Source of the DNA: Candidatus Woesearchaeota archaeon
Lineage (GTDB): Archaea; Nanobdellota; Nanobdellia; SCGC-AAA011-G17; PNOQ01
Assembly (NCBI GenBank): GCA_043812195.1
Contig: JBDRML010000025.1
Span: 1-20,280 of the forward strand
DNA: 20,280 nucleotides
Reading direction: 5' to 3'
Of this stretch, positions 1-7,528 are shown in pieces; the stretch's first letter is position 1; every line of letters begins with the position of its first letter. The notes below the pieces were generated by a model. It was not told the DNA's origin. It was given only the letters and a program-made list of their open reading frames with translations, and searched no databases. The position numbers and the translations under genes were made by a program.

Positions 1-85
1 AACCACAATATAAACATCTTACTCTTTTTTTAACCTGAGTACTATCTATTGCTCTTCCACAATTAAAACATTTATATTCAACCAT
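1..85 (-). CDS. rpoP: DNA-directed RNA polymerase subunit P (Rpo12), 3' end runs off the window
   Basis: Not in the ORF track. Manual translation from ATG at 85 gives MVEYKCFNCGRAIDSTQVKKRVRCLYCG..., a CxxC...CxxCG zinc ribbon. It lies directly downstream of rpl37ae, the usual archaeal order. Confidence 0.9.
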   Translation of the reverse strand, partial: MVEYKCFNCGRAIDSTQVKKRVRCLYCG

Positions 86-87
86 TT

Positions 88-303
88 TTATTCCTTTAAT
101 GAATATGCTCTTCCAGCAAATTTAGTATCGCACTTAGTGCATAGCCAAATTCCATATGACACTCTTTTAACCTTATTTTTTAAACACAAAGGACATGAAT
201 ATTTAGCCTTTTGTTTTTTTTCTATTAAAGAGATCTTTCCTTTTAGAGATCTACCATATCTTGCTCCAAACCTACTAGCGCTACTAGCTTTTTTCTTTGC
301 CAT
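88..303 (-). CDS. rpl37ae: 50S ribosomal protein L37Ae (eL43)
   Basis: RFGARYG motif, CPLC...VKRVSYGIWLCTKC zinc finger, FAGRAY C-terminus. Confidence 0.96.
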   Translation of the reverse strand: MAKKKASSASRFGARYGRSLKGKISLIEKKQKAKYSCPLCLKNKVKRVSYGIWLCTKCDTKFAGRAYSLKE

Positions 304-359
304 TTTTATAAAACTATGTATTCTGTGACAAATTCCCTTTTAAAAAGCTTTCCATAAGG

Positions 360-366
360 AAAAAAA
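360..366 (-). terminator. Oligo-T tract directly after tRNA-Pro (likely archaeal terminator)
   Basis: T7 run on the minus strand immediately after the discriminator base at 367. Confidence 0.5.
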
Positions 367-401
367 TGGGGCTGCGAGGATTTGAACCCCGGTTGGCAGG
401 T

Positions 402-432
402 TTCTTGCATTCCGGATTGTATCCCAAAAAGA
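402..432 (-). other. Canonical 37/38 tRNA intron (31 nt)
   Basis: BHB: U32-G35 (TTTG) pairs with intron CAAG; bulges GG|T and AA|A; internal GGAT/ATCC stem. Confidence 0.9.
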
Positions 433-467
433 CCCAAACCTGCAGTCATACCAAACTAGACCACAGC

Positions 468-500
468 AAAATGCTATAACACATTTAAGTGAAATATAGT
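468..500 (-). other. Non-canonical tRNA intron at position 3/4 (33 nt)
   Basis: Removing it restores a GGGGCTG/CAGCCCC acceptor stem. Strict BHB: central helix GATG/CATT, bulges GG|A and TT|G, flanked by CTATA/TATAG and a leader:exon helix. Confidence 0.85.
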
Positions 501-542
501 CCCATCCTGTGATTTAGCCACTATTTCATCCACTAAATCTTA

Positions 543-550
543 TTTATAAA
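543..550 (-). promoter_or_regulatory. TATA box for tRNA-Pro
   Basis: TTTATAAA; typical spacing puts the start site near 520, giving a leader of about 17 nt. Confidence 0.6.
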
Positions 551-566
551 TCTATTGTTATTTATT

Positions 567-1364
567 TTAGAATGCTTTTCTTTTTTTCTTATCGAGTATT
601 TCTATTAATCTCTTATTCTTTCTAGGATTGCTAAAACCTATATTTTCAAAATAAGACTTAAGATATCTACTAGGAATTCTCAATAAATATAGATCTTTTT
701 GATTTCCTCCACGTCTTTTAACTGTAATCTTTGGAACAATATCAATTTTAAACAAAATATCCTTCAAATCCTCAATAAGCTCATTTGAAACAGAACCACA
801 AGCCACACTACAACTTTCAACAAATCCATCTGTATCCATCAAACCCCTAGCGAATCCACACAAAAAATCTTTACTATGCTCTTTATCTTTTCTTAATCTT
901 ACAGAATAAGTTTTTGGTTTTTCCCAACAAAGATCAGTTTGAATAAATTTTAATAACTCTACAGAACGAGTAGAAATATAAAGGCAACTCGGTTTTCCCA
1001 TAAATTTTGTTGTATACAAACTAACAGATAAACCCATATCTTTCAATATTGAAGATAAATATTCTACATACTTTTTATCATCACGATAAGATAAATAGAA
1101 TCTTATATTGTGGTTACCGCCTCTTCTAGATTTATCATGAAAATAAGAACCATCACCAGCAAAAGCCCCAATAAGTTCTCCCTTTACAAAATCAGAAGAA
1201 GGTAGCTTAATTTGTTTTATTCTCTTTCTATCACTTTTTCTGTTTACATGATATTGAATTGTACTTAAAGAAGTATTAGTTAAATTTTGAATAGATCTTA
1301 AACTTAAGCCAATATTTGACAATTTCTTTATCTCATTTATTTGGAGTTCACTTAGCTTTTTCAT
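567..1364 (-). CDS. Free-standing LAGLIDADG (DOD) endonuclease-family protein with N-terminal helix-turn-helix
   Basis: Two LAGLIDADG motifs, ELIGAFAGDGSY and FARGLMDTDGFV; C-terminal IGFSNPRK typical of intein-type DOD domains; N-terminal GLSLRSIQNLTNTSLSTIQYHV HTH. Confidence 0.88.
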   Translation of the reverse strand: MKKLSELQINEIKKLSNIGLSLRSIQNLTNTSLSTIQYHVNRKSDRKRIKQIKLPSSDFVKGELIGAFAGDGSYFHDKSRRGGNHNIRFYLSYRDDKKYVEYLSSILKDMGLSVSLYTTKFMGKPSCLYISTRSVELLKFIQTDLCWEKPKTYSVRLRKDKEHSKDFLCGFARGLMDTDGFVESCSVACGSVSNELIEDLKDILFKIDIVPKITVKRRGGNQKDLYLLRIPSRYLKSYFENIGFSNPRKNKRLIEILDKKKRKAF

Positions 1365-1399
1365 ATACTTATATGGTAAAATTCATTTATAAATACAGT

Positions 1400-1447
1400 G
1401 TCAGTGTTTGGCAACCTTGTAGACCTCTGTTGTAATCATAAAATGGT
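1400..1447. repeat. Dispersed intergenic repeat, copy 1 (partner at 10132-10179)
   Basis: 39/48 nt identical to copy 2; core CAACCTTGT(A/C)GACCTCTGTTGTAAT 24/25 identical; adjacent to TTTATAAA at 1386-1393. Confidence 0.8.
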
Positions 1448-1477
1448 GTTATAAAAAATCTTACTACTCAAAGAACT

Positions 1478-1966
1478 CTACTTCTTTTTAACTTCTTTTT
1501 TCTTCTCTTCTGGTTTCTTCTCAGATTCTCCTTCTTTCTTCTCTTCTTCTTCCTTAGGAGCTTCTTCAGATTCTGGTTTCTTCTCTTCTTCCTTCTCTAA
1601 TGCTTCTTTCTCCTTAGCCAACATTGCATTAACACTTATTAATTCTTCTTGTAATTTCTTTTTCTTTTCATCACTAATATCTATTTTCTCTTCATTAATC
1701 TGTTTATCATAAACCCCATTATCAATATCGACACAAATTTCTTTAGCCTCTTTACTCTCAACTAAAACACCCAAAGAACCACAAGTACCGACAACACTTT
1801 TAACAGCTCCCTTAAAATTATTAACTAACATATCATTTTTTTTCTCTTTAGCAACTTTAATAACTTGCTCTATCGCTAAATTACCTGATTTAACTAAATG
1901 AGGAGTACCAGAACCTTTCTCCAATCCTAATTCCTTCTTAATTAAATCAGATGTCTTTTCACTCAT
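1478..1966 (-). CDS. rpl11: 50S ribosomal protein L11 (uL11), C-terminal rRNA-binding domain only, with charged tail
   Basis: TSDLIKKELGLEKGSG...GNLAIEQVIKVAK...VVGTCGSLGVLVE matches the archaeal uL11 C-terminal domain. Start ATG at 1966 overlaps the spt5 stop (ATGAGTGA). Confidence 0.88.
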   Translation of the reverse strand: MSEKTSDLIKKELGLEKGSGTPHLVKSGNLAIEQVIKVAKEKKNDMLVNNFKGAVKSVVGTCGSLGVLVESKEAKEICVDIDNGVYDKQINEEKIDISDEKKKKLQEELISVNAMLAKEKEALEKEEEKKPESEEAPKEEEEKKEGESEKKPEEKKKEVKKK

Positions 1967-2432
1967 TTTCATCCTCTTCATCATCTTCTCTTCTTATAAC
2001 TTTAACAGAATCTAAATGTACAGTAATTGGAATTGGAACAGCAGCCTCTAACAATTCAACAATAACCTCTTCCTTATCTTTATCAATTCTAATAACCTTA
2101 GCCTTTTCTCCTTTAAATCCCGGTCCAGAAATAATTTCAACAATATCTCCTTTCTGAATATTAACTTGTGCCTTAACATGTTCAAGCATATGTTCAACTT
2201 CTTCATAAGGTAATGGATTAGGTAATAAACCTCTTGTGTAAGGAACACCAAAATAAGCTTCCTCAGCAGCATTCTTATCTTCTGCTTCAATAAAAATATA
2301 ACCTCTCATCCCATGAGGTCTAAAAATACTATAAACAGCAATGCCCTTTCTATTAACATTAGCTTCTATAAAATCTAAAACTTGATCTTCTCTGTTTGCA
2401 GTTGTCCTCATAACAAATATCAATCCGCTCAT
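1959..2432 (-). CDS. spt5: Transcription elongation factor Spt5/NusG
   Basis: NGN domain (RTTANRE, MRGYIFIEA) plus KOW (GDIVEIISGPGFKGEKAKV). Start likely ATG 2432, overlapping the secE stop (ATGA). Confidence 0.95.
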   Translation of the reverse strand: MSGLIFVMRTTANREDQVLDFIEANVNRKGIAVYSIFRPHGMRGYIFIEAEDKNAAEEAYFGVPYTRGLLPNPLPYEEVEHMLEHVKAQVNIQKGDIVEIISGPGFKGEKAKVIRIDKDKEEVIVELLEAAVPIPITVHLDSVKVIRREDDEEDENE

Positions 2433-2632
2433 CCTATTAATAATCTCCATAATATATGGATTATAAAACCAACTAATCCAATTAAGAGTATACCTAATCC
2501 AGAAACTTTCACAATAATCTTAAACTCTTCATTACTAGGTTTCTTAGTTATCCTTAATACTCTTTTACATTGCAAAGCAAAGCTTTTTGTTTTTGTCCAA
2601 AAGCTTCTTTTTTCTTGTGTTTGTTGTTCCAT
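2429..2632 (-). CDS. secE: Protein translocase subunit SecE / Sec61-gamma
   Basis: CKRVLRITKKPSNEEF followed by one TM helix (GLGILLIGLVGFII); lies between ftsZ and spt5. Confidence 0.95.
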   Translation of the reverse strand: MEQQTQEKRSFWTKTKSFALQCKRVLRITKKPSNEEFKIIVKVSGLGILLIGLVGFIIHILWRLLIG

Positions 2633-2688
2633 ATTCTATTCCTGTATATTTTTAACAGAAGTTCTAAAAAGTAAGGAAAAATGGCTAT

Positions 2689-2979
2689 TTATAAAGTTTT
2701 TGAATTCTTGCTTTTCCCATTCTTTAATTGATTCTTTTTTATCCTTCCAATCACAATCTCAGCTTCAGCCTCAGTTTTGAGAACAACAAAGATGGCAGTA
2801 ATTAATAAAACAGTGGAAACAATAGCAACTATGAAACTATACAATACTTCATTTCCTGGAGGCAGAATAACGTTCAAAAATGTAATTAAAAAGTCTCTCC
2901 AAATCAAAGCAACTGCGATACTAAAACCAGTTACAATAGCAGTTTTAAGAACCCCCCCAAAAGTTACATTATCAACCAT
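2689..2979 (-). CDS. Small two-TM membrane protein (DUF5654-like)
   Basis: Two hydrophobic segments with an ALIWRD motif; family assignment is from recalled resemblance only. Confidence 0.6.
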   Translation of the reverse strand: MVDNVTFGGVLKTAIVTGFSIAVALIWRDFLITFLNVILPPGNEVLYSFIVAIVSTVLLITAIFVVLKTEAEAEIVIGRIKKNQLKNGKSKNSKTL

Positions 2980-3035
2980 AACAAAAAATTTAATTTAGTC
3001 ATTAATAAAATTTACTAAAAAAAGAAAAAAAGAAA

Positions 3036-4160
3036 TTAATCTATAAACTCAATACCTAGCTCTCTTTCTATATCTTTCTGCTTTTCAGCTTTCATAGCAG
3101 GAGTAACTTTGCCTCTTATCTGTGGGCTTGAAACACCAGTAACAATTATTAAGACTCTCATTGTTTTATCCAAATCTTCTGAAATCTGTGCCCCCCAAAT
3201 AAGCCGTGCATCATCATCTAATTTTTCAGAAACACATTCAACGACTTTCTTAGCTTCTTCAAGAGTCATATCAGATCCTCCAAAAATATTGATTAGAGCA
3301 CCATTAGCTCCAGATACATCAACATCCAAAAGGGGATTATTAAGTGCTTTTTCAACAGCCTCAACAGCTCTATTCTCAGTGTCAGATTCACCCACACCAA
3401 TCATAGCTACACCCCCCTTTCCCATGACAGTTCTAATATCAGCAAAGTCTAAATTAACTAATCCAGGTTTAGTTACTAATTCAGCAACACCCTTAACAGC
3501 ATTAGTCAATATTTCATCAGCAACCTTAAATGCAGTATGCAATGGCAAGTCAGGAGCTAATTCTAATAATTTATCATTTGGTATAACAATTAAAGTGTCA
3601 ACAATACTTTCCAATTTCTCAAGTCCAATAATAGCATTTTCATATCTTCTATTACCTTCCATCTGAAATGGTAAAGTTACAATTGCAACAGTTAAAATCC
3701 CTAATTTCTTAGAAATATCTGCGATAATAGGAGCACTTCCAGTTCCAGTTCCACCACCGAGACCACAAGTAACAAACACTAAATCAGCACCCTTTATTAC
3801 TTCTCTCAATTCATGTTCACTCTCTCTGGCAGCCTCTTCTCCAACCTGAGGAACACTTCCAGCACCAAGCCCTCCAGTAATTTCCCTTCCTATCAATATT
3901 TTTCTATTAGCATTAGTATACAAAAGATCTTGAGCATCTGTGTTTACAGCTATAGTTTCAGCACCCGAAACACCAACTTCAGAAAGTCTGTTTATTGTGT
4001 TATTACCAGCACCACCAGTACCAATCACTCTAATTTTTGCTTTTTGTTTAGATAAAATTTCTTCTAATTCTTCATCAATAGCAGTTAATCTACTTGGCAT
4101 CTGCCGTTGCAATTGATTTTCGGAACTCATCCTTATGCTATTAATCATACTATCCATCAT
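3036..4160 (-). CDS. ftsZ: Cell division protein FtsZ
   Basis: [26 protein letters not shown] tubulin signature, NLDFAD. SD GAGGTG precedes ATG ATG at 4160/4157. Confidence 0.98.
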   Translation of the reverse strand: MMDSMINSIRMSSENQLQRQMPSRLTAIDEELEEILSKQKAKIRVIGTGGAGNNTINRLSEVGVSGAETIAVNTDAQDLLYTNANRKILIGREITGGLGAGSVPQVGEEAARESEHELREVIKGADLVFVTCGLGGGTGTGSAPIIADISKKLGILTVAIVTLPFQMEGNRRYENAIIGLEKLESIVDTLIVIPNDKLLELAPDLPLHTAFKVADEILTNAVKGVAELVTKPGLVNLDFADIRTVMGKGGVAMIGVGESDTENRAVEAVEKALNNPLLDVDVSGANGALINIFGGSDMTLEEAKKVVECVSEKLDDDARLIWGAQISEDLDKTMRVLIIVTGVSSPQIRGKVTPAMKAEKQKDIERELGIEFID

Positions 4161-4212
4161 AAACACCTCAGTAAGCTTTATTGAGTGAATACAGACTTGC
4201 TTTTAAAGATAA

Positions 4213-4902
4213 TTATTCTTTAGTAGTTATTTTCTTTTCAGATTTTTTCTCTACTGAGAACTCAATTTTCTTAATTTGGGGTACTAATTTCTTAGTTTTC
4301 TCTTCAAAATTCTTCCTAAACTGCTCAGGAAGGTCTATCTTAGTGTTAATTTTCAACACATCTTCCTCCACATCTAAACTATAAAGATTCTTATTTGGTA
4401 ACAAATTAAATTTAGCAACACACTCAACCTGCTTTTTAACATCATCAACTTTCCCAATAACTTTAAAATCATAAATTAAATCTCTTCCAGCCAAAGGATG
4501 ATTAAAATCTACAATAACCCTTCCACCAGTTACACTTCTAACAACACCAAAATGTCCTTCAGCATTAATCTGTAATCCAGGATAAGGATTCATATTCTGT
4601 TTTTTAAACATAGTCATAGAAACAACTCTAATCAGTTTAGCATCTTTTTTACCAAAAGCTTCTTCATGATTAAATTCTTTTTCATAACCTTTTCCAATTT
4701 CTTTACCTTCAATCTCTTTATCTAAAAATTCAATAATATTTTTCTCACCAACACAAATAATTATTGGCCCATATTCAATACCTTCAGTTCGAATACTTTC
4801 TTGTTTAGCTAAAGATTCATCTGTTGTATCAAACAATTTATTATCATTTTTCAATCTACCAGAATATTCAATTTCCACGAAATCTCCTTTCTTTACTTCC
4901 AT
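4213..4902 (-). CDS. FKBP-type peptidyl-prolyl cis-trans isomerase (archaeal long SlyD-like)
   Basis: KGDFVEIEYSG, LFDTT, AFG, VDFNHPLAG motifs; start ATG at 4902. Confidence 0.92.
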   Translation of the reverse strand: MEVKKGDFVEIEYSGRLKNDNKLFDTTDESLAKQESIRTEGIEYGPIIICVGEKNIIEFLDKEIEGKEIGKGYEKEFNHEEAFGKKDAKLIRVVSMTMFKKQNMNPYPGLQINAEGHFGVVRSVTGGRVIVDFNHPLAGRDLIYDFKVIGKVDDVKKQVECVAKFNLLPNKNLYSLDVEEDVLKINTKIDLPEQFRKNFEEKTKKLVPQIKKIEFSVEKKSEKKITTKE

Positions 4903-4983
4903 AAAAACAAGCAAATATACAACATATTTAAAGCTTTCCTAAACAAAAATTTTATAAACACTCTCTAAAACATAAATGTAGAA

Positions 4984-5373
4984 ATGGCAAAGAAATTAGA
5001 ATCAGCATCAAACCTTAAAGTTGGTGGTTACATAATATTAGATGGAAAAGCATGTAGAATTTCAGATATACAAATCTCAAAAACAGGAAAGCACGGTCAT
5101 GCAAAATGTAAAATAGCTGCAGTAGCATTAAAAGACAACACAAAAATAATCAAAGTTTTCCCAGGACACGACAAAGTTGAAGTTCCAATCATAGAAAAAG
5201 AATCAGCTCAAGTCTTATCAGTTCATGAAGAAACAGCAAATGTTATGGACAATAAGACATATGAAACATTTGATATAAAAATCCCAGAAGAAATGAAAGA
5301 TATAGTAAAAGAAGGAGAAACTGTAATTTACTGGATAATAATTGGAGAAAGAGTATTGAGACAGTCTAAATAA
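4984..5373 (+). CDS. eif5a: Translation factor aIF5A
   Basis: Hypusine-site motif SKTGKHGHAK; MDNKTYETF. Confidence 0.97.
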   Translation: MAKKLESASNLKVGGYIILDGKACRISDIQISKTGKHGHAKCKIAAVALKDNTKIIKVFPGHDKVEVPIIEKESAQVLSVHEETANVMDNKTYETFDIKIPEEMKDIVKEGETVIYWIIIGERVLRQSK

Positions 5374-5375
5374 AA

Positions 5376-5540
5376 ATGGCAAAATTCAAAGAAGCACAAG
5401 ATAGATTATTCAAAAATACATTTGTATGTAGGAAATGTAAAACTAAACAAAAGTCCACTATGCAAAAAATTTTAAGAGGTGAATTGCTTTGTCGCAAGTG
5501 TGGTGGAAAAGCATTTAGAGCAATTAAAAAATCTAAATGA
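5376..5540 (+). CDS. rpl40e: 50S ribosomal protein L40e (eL40)
   Basis: Not in the ORF track. Translates as MAKFKEAQDRLFKNTFVCRKCKTKQKSTMQKILRGELLCRKCGGKAFRAIKKSK (54 aa) with two CRKC motifs. Its stop overlaps the next ATG. Confidence 0.85.
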   Translation: MAKFKEAQDRLFKNTFVCRKCKTKQKSTMQKILRGELLCRKCGGKAFRAIKKSK

Positions 5541-6748
5541 GCACAGACCTAATATTATTAATTATTTTTGGTATAATTTTATTAATTTTTATTTTGACAC
5601 ATAAGAAAAAAGTAGAATTTCAAAAAATACTTGGTCCTGTTGTTTATTTCGTATTATACAGAACAAAAATAGGGTTAGTTCTTATGGATAAATTAGCTAA
5701 GAGATCACCAAGATTTCTTAATGTATTAGCATACGTTTCAATATCTGTAGGTTTTATAGGTATGGCATTCATTCTATATTTCTTAGTTCAAGGAGCATAC
5801 GGATTTTTCTTCCAAAATCAACCTTCTCCAGTAGGATTAATATTACCAGGAGTAAAAGTTCCAGGTTTACCAACATTATCATTCTTCCATTGGATAGCAG
5901 CAATCTTTATTTTAGCAGTAGTTCACGAATTTTCACATGGAGTTTTCGCAAGACTATATGATATTAAGATAAAATCATCTGGTTTTGCATTCTTTGGAAT
6001 TATACTTCCAATAATACCTGCAGCATTTGTAGAGCCAGATGAAAAACAATTAGTAAGTGCTCCAAAAAAACAACAACTAGCAATCCTCTCAGCAGGATCA
6101 TTTGCTAATGTAATTACAGCTTTAGTTTTCTTATTGATACTGTTCTTTGTAATGACTCCAGGAGTAAATTCAGTAGTAGAATTAAAAGGTGTTACGTTAG
6201 CAATTATAGAAGATAATTCTCCAGCATTTGAAGCAGGAATGCAAGCAGGAGAAGAAGTAATATCAATCAACAATATAGAAATCAAAGACATAAAAGAATT
6301 CACAGGAGAACTTTCAAAGTTAGTTCCACATCAAAAAGTAACAATAGTCACAAAAAACAATACTTATACACCCACATTAGGTGAAAATCCAGATAATAGT
6401 TCAAAAAGTTATTTGGGAGTACAAGTAACGCCAACTGAGAAAGGTTACACAGCAGATGCATTGGCAAAATACGGAAAAATTCCTCTAGATGTGTTCATGT
6501 GGTTAAGCATTTTAGTAATGTGGGCATTTATAGCAAATCTTGGAGTTGGATTATTCAACTTACTTCCTCTAGGTCCATTAGATGGTGGAAAGATGTTCCA
6601 TGTTGCACTTCAAGCAATATTCAAAGATGAGAAAAAAGTCAAAGTCATCTGGGGCGCTTTAGCAATATTCTTAGTAATATTATTAATAATTTTATTAGCA
6701 CCTCAATTATACAACTTATTACTTAAACCAATAATCGGATTATTCTAA
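5537..6748 (+). CDS. Site-2 protease (M50 family intramembrane metalloprotease) with PDZ domain
   Basis: HEFSH zinc motif, AFVEPDE, NLLPLGPLDGG, PDZ segment SPAFEAGMQAGEEVISIN, multiple TM helices. Confidence 0.95.
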   Translation: MSTDLILLIIFGIILLIFILTHKKKVEFQKILGPVVYFVLYRTKIGLVLMDKLAKRSPRFLNVLAYVSISVGFIGMAFILYFLVQGAYGFFFQNQPSPVGLILPGVKVPGLPTLSFFHWIAAIFILAVVHEFSHGVFARLYDIKIKSSGFAFFGIILPIIPAAFVEPDEKQLVSAPKKQQLAILSAGSFANVITALVFLLILFFVMTPGVNSVVELKGVTLAIIEDNSPAFEAGMQAGEEVISINNIEIKDIKEFTGELSKLVPHQKVTIVTKNNTYTPTLGENPDNSSKSYLGVQVTPTEKGYTADALAKYGKIPLDVFMWLSILVMWAFIANLGVGLFNLLPLGPLDGGKMFHVALQAIFKDEKKVKVIWGALAIFLVILLIILLAPQLYNLLLKPIIGLF

Positions 6749-6785
6749 CCAAAATACTTAAAAGTTAACTAGCTTATTTAATTCT

Positions 6786-7523
6786 ATGTTAATAGACGTT
6801 CACACACACCTAGATTTTCCAGACTTCAAAAAAGATTTAGATAAAGTTATTTCTAGATGTAAAAATTTCGCAGTAATAATTTCAAACGGAACAGATCCTG
6901 AAAGCAACAGAAAAGTCTTAGAATTATCAAAAAAATTCAAATTAATAAAACCAGCACTAGGATTTTATCCAACAGATATAGAAAGAGCTACAGAAAAAGA
7001 AATAGATAAAGAAATTGAATTCATAAAAACACAAAAACCAATAGCAATAGGAGAAGTTGGTTTAGATTATTTTGTCGGAAAAAATCCAGAAAAACAGAAA
7101 AAAGCATTTAAAAAATTCATAAAATTAGCAGAAAATCTAAATATACCAATAATAGTTCATTCTAGAAATGCTGAACAAGATACATTAAATGTTTTAGAAG
7201 AATCAAAATATAAAAAAGTAATTATGCACTGTTTCAGCGGAAATGCAGAACAAACAAAGAAAGCTAGCGATTTTGGTTATTATTTTTCTATTCCAACTTC
7301 AATTGTCAGAAACAAATCCTTTAAAAAATTAGTCAAAAGAATTGATATCAAAAATATTTTGACAGAAACAGACGCACCCTTCCTATCTCCATATGAAGAT
7401 AAAAAAAGAAACGAACCATCTTTCATTAAAGAATCTATTAAAAAAATCTCAGAAATAAAAAAAATATCACCAAAAGAAATAGAAAAAAAAATCTATGAAA
7501 ATTATAAAAGAATGTTTAAATAG
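6786..7523 (+). CDS. tatD: TatD family deoxyribonuclease
   Basis: DVHTHLD, IGEVGLDY, VHSRNA, MHCFSG, LTETDAPFL motifs. Confidence 0.95.
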   Translation: MLIDVHTHLDFPDFKKDLDKVISRCKNFAVIISNGTDPESNRKVLELSKKFKLIKPALGFYPTDIERATEKEIDKEIEFIKTQKPIAIGEVGLDYFVGKNPEKQKKAFKKFIKLAENLNIPIIVHSRNAEQDTLNVLEESKYKKVIMHCFSGNAEQTKKASDFGYYFSIPTSIVRNKSFKKLVKRIDIKNILTETDAPFLSPYEDKKRNEPSFIKESIKKISEIKKISPKEIEKKIYENYKRMFK

Positions 7524-7528
7524 GAAGA

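Larger units (their letters stand above)
367..503 (-). tRNA. tRNA-Pro(UGG) with two introns (3/4 and 37/38); exons 503-501, 467-433, 401-367
   Basis: The spliced sequence GGGGCTG TG GTCT AGTTTGGTA TGAC T GCAGG TTTGGGA CCTGC CAAC CGGGG TTCAAAT CCTCG CAGCCCC A folds into a full cloverleaf. Anticodon TGG at 436-434. CCA is not encoded. Confidence 0.93.

Noticed and set aside
367-470. tRNA-Pro as a 5'-degraded pseudogene or integration scar
   Set aside because: The missing GGG is present at 503-501 within an exact BHB motif, so a 3/4 intron explains the sequence better.
511-539. Inverted repeat GATTTAG/CTAAATC (511-517 and 533-539) upstream of the tRNA
   Set aside because: One arm lies upstream of the predicted start site, so it would not form in RNA, and a 7-bp AT-rich match can arise by chance.
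567-1364. LAGLIDADG ORF as part of an intein or an intron of the tRNA
   Set aside because: No splicing-domain residues or host exteins. The tRNA is complete by 503 and has its own TATA box downstream of this ORF.
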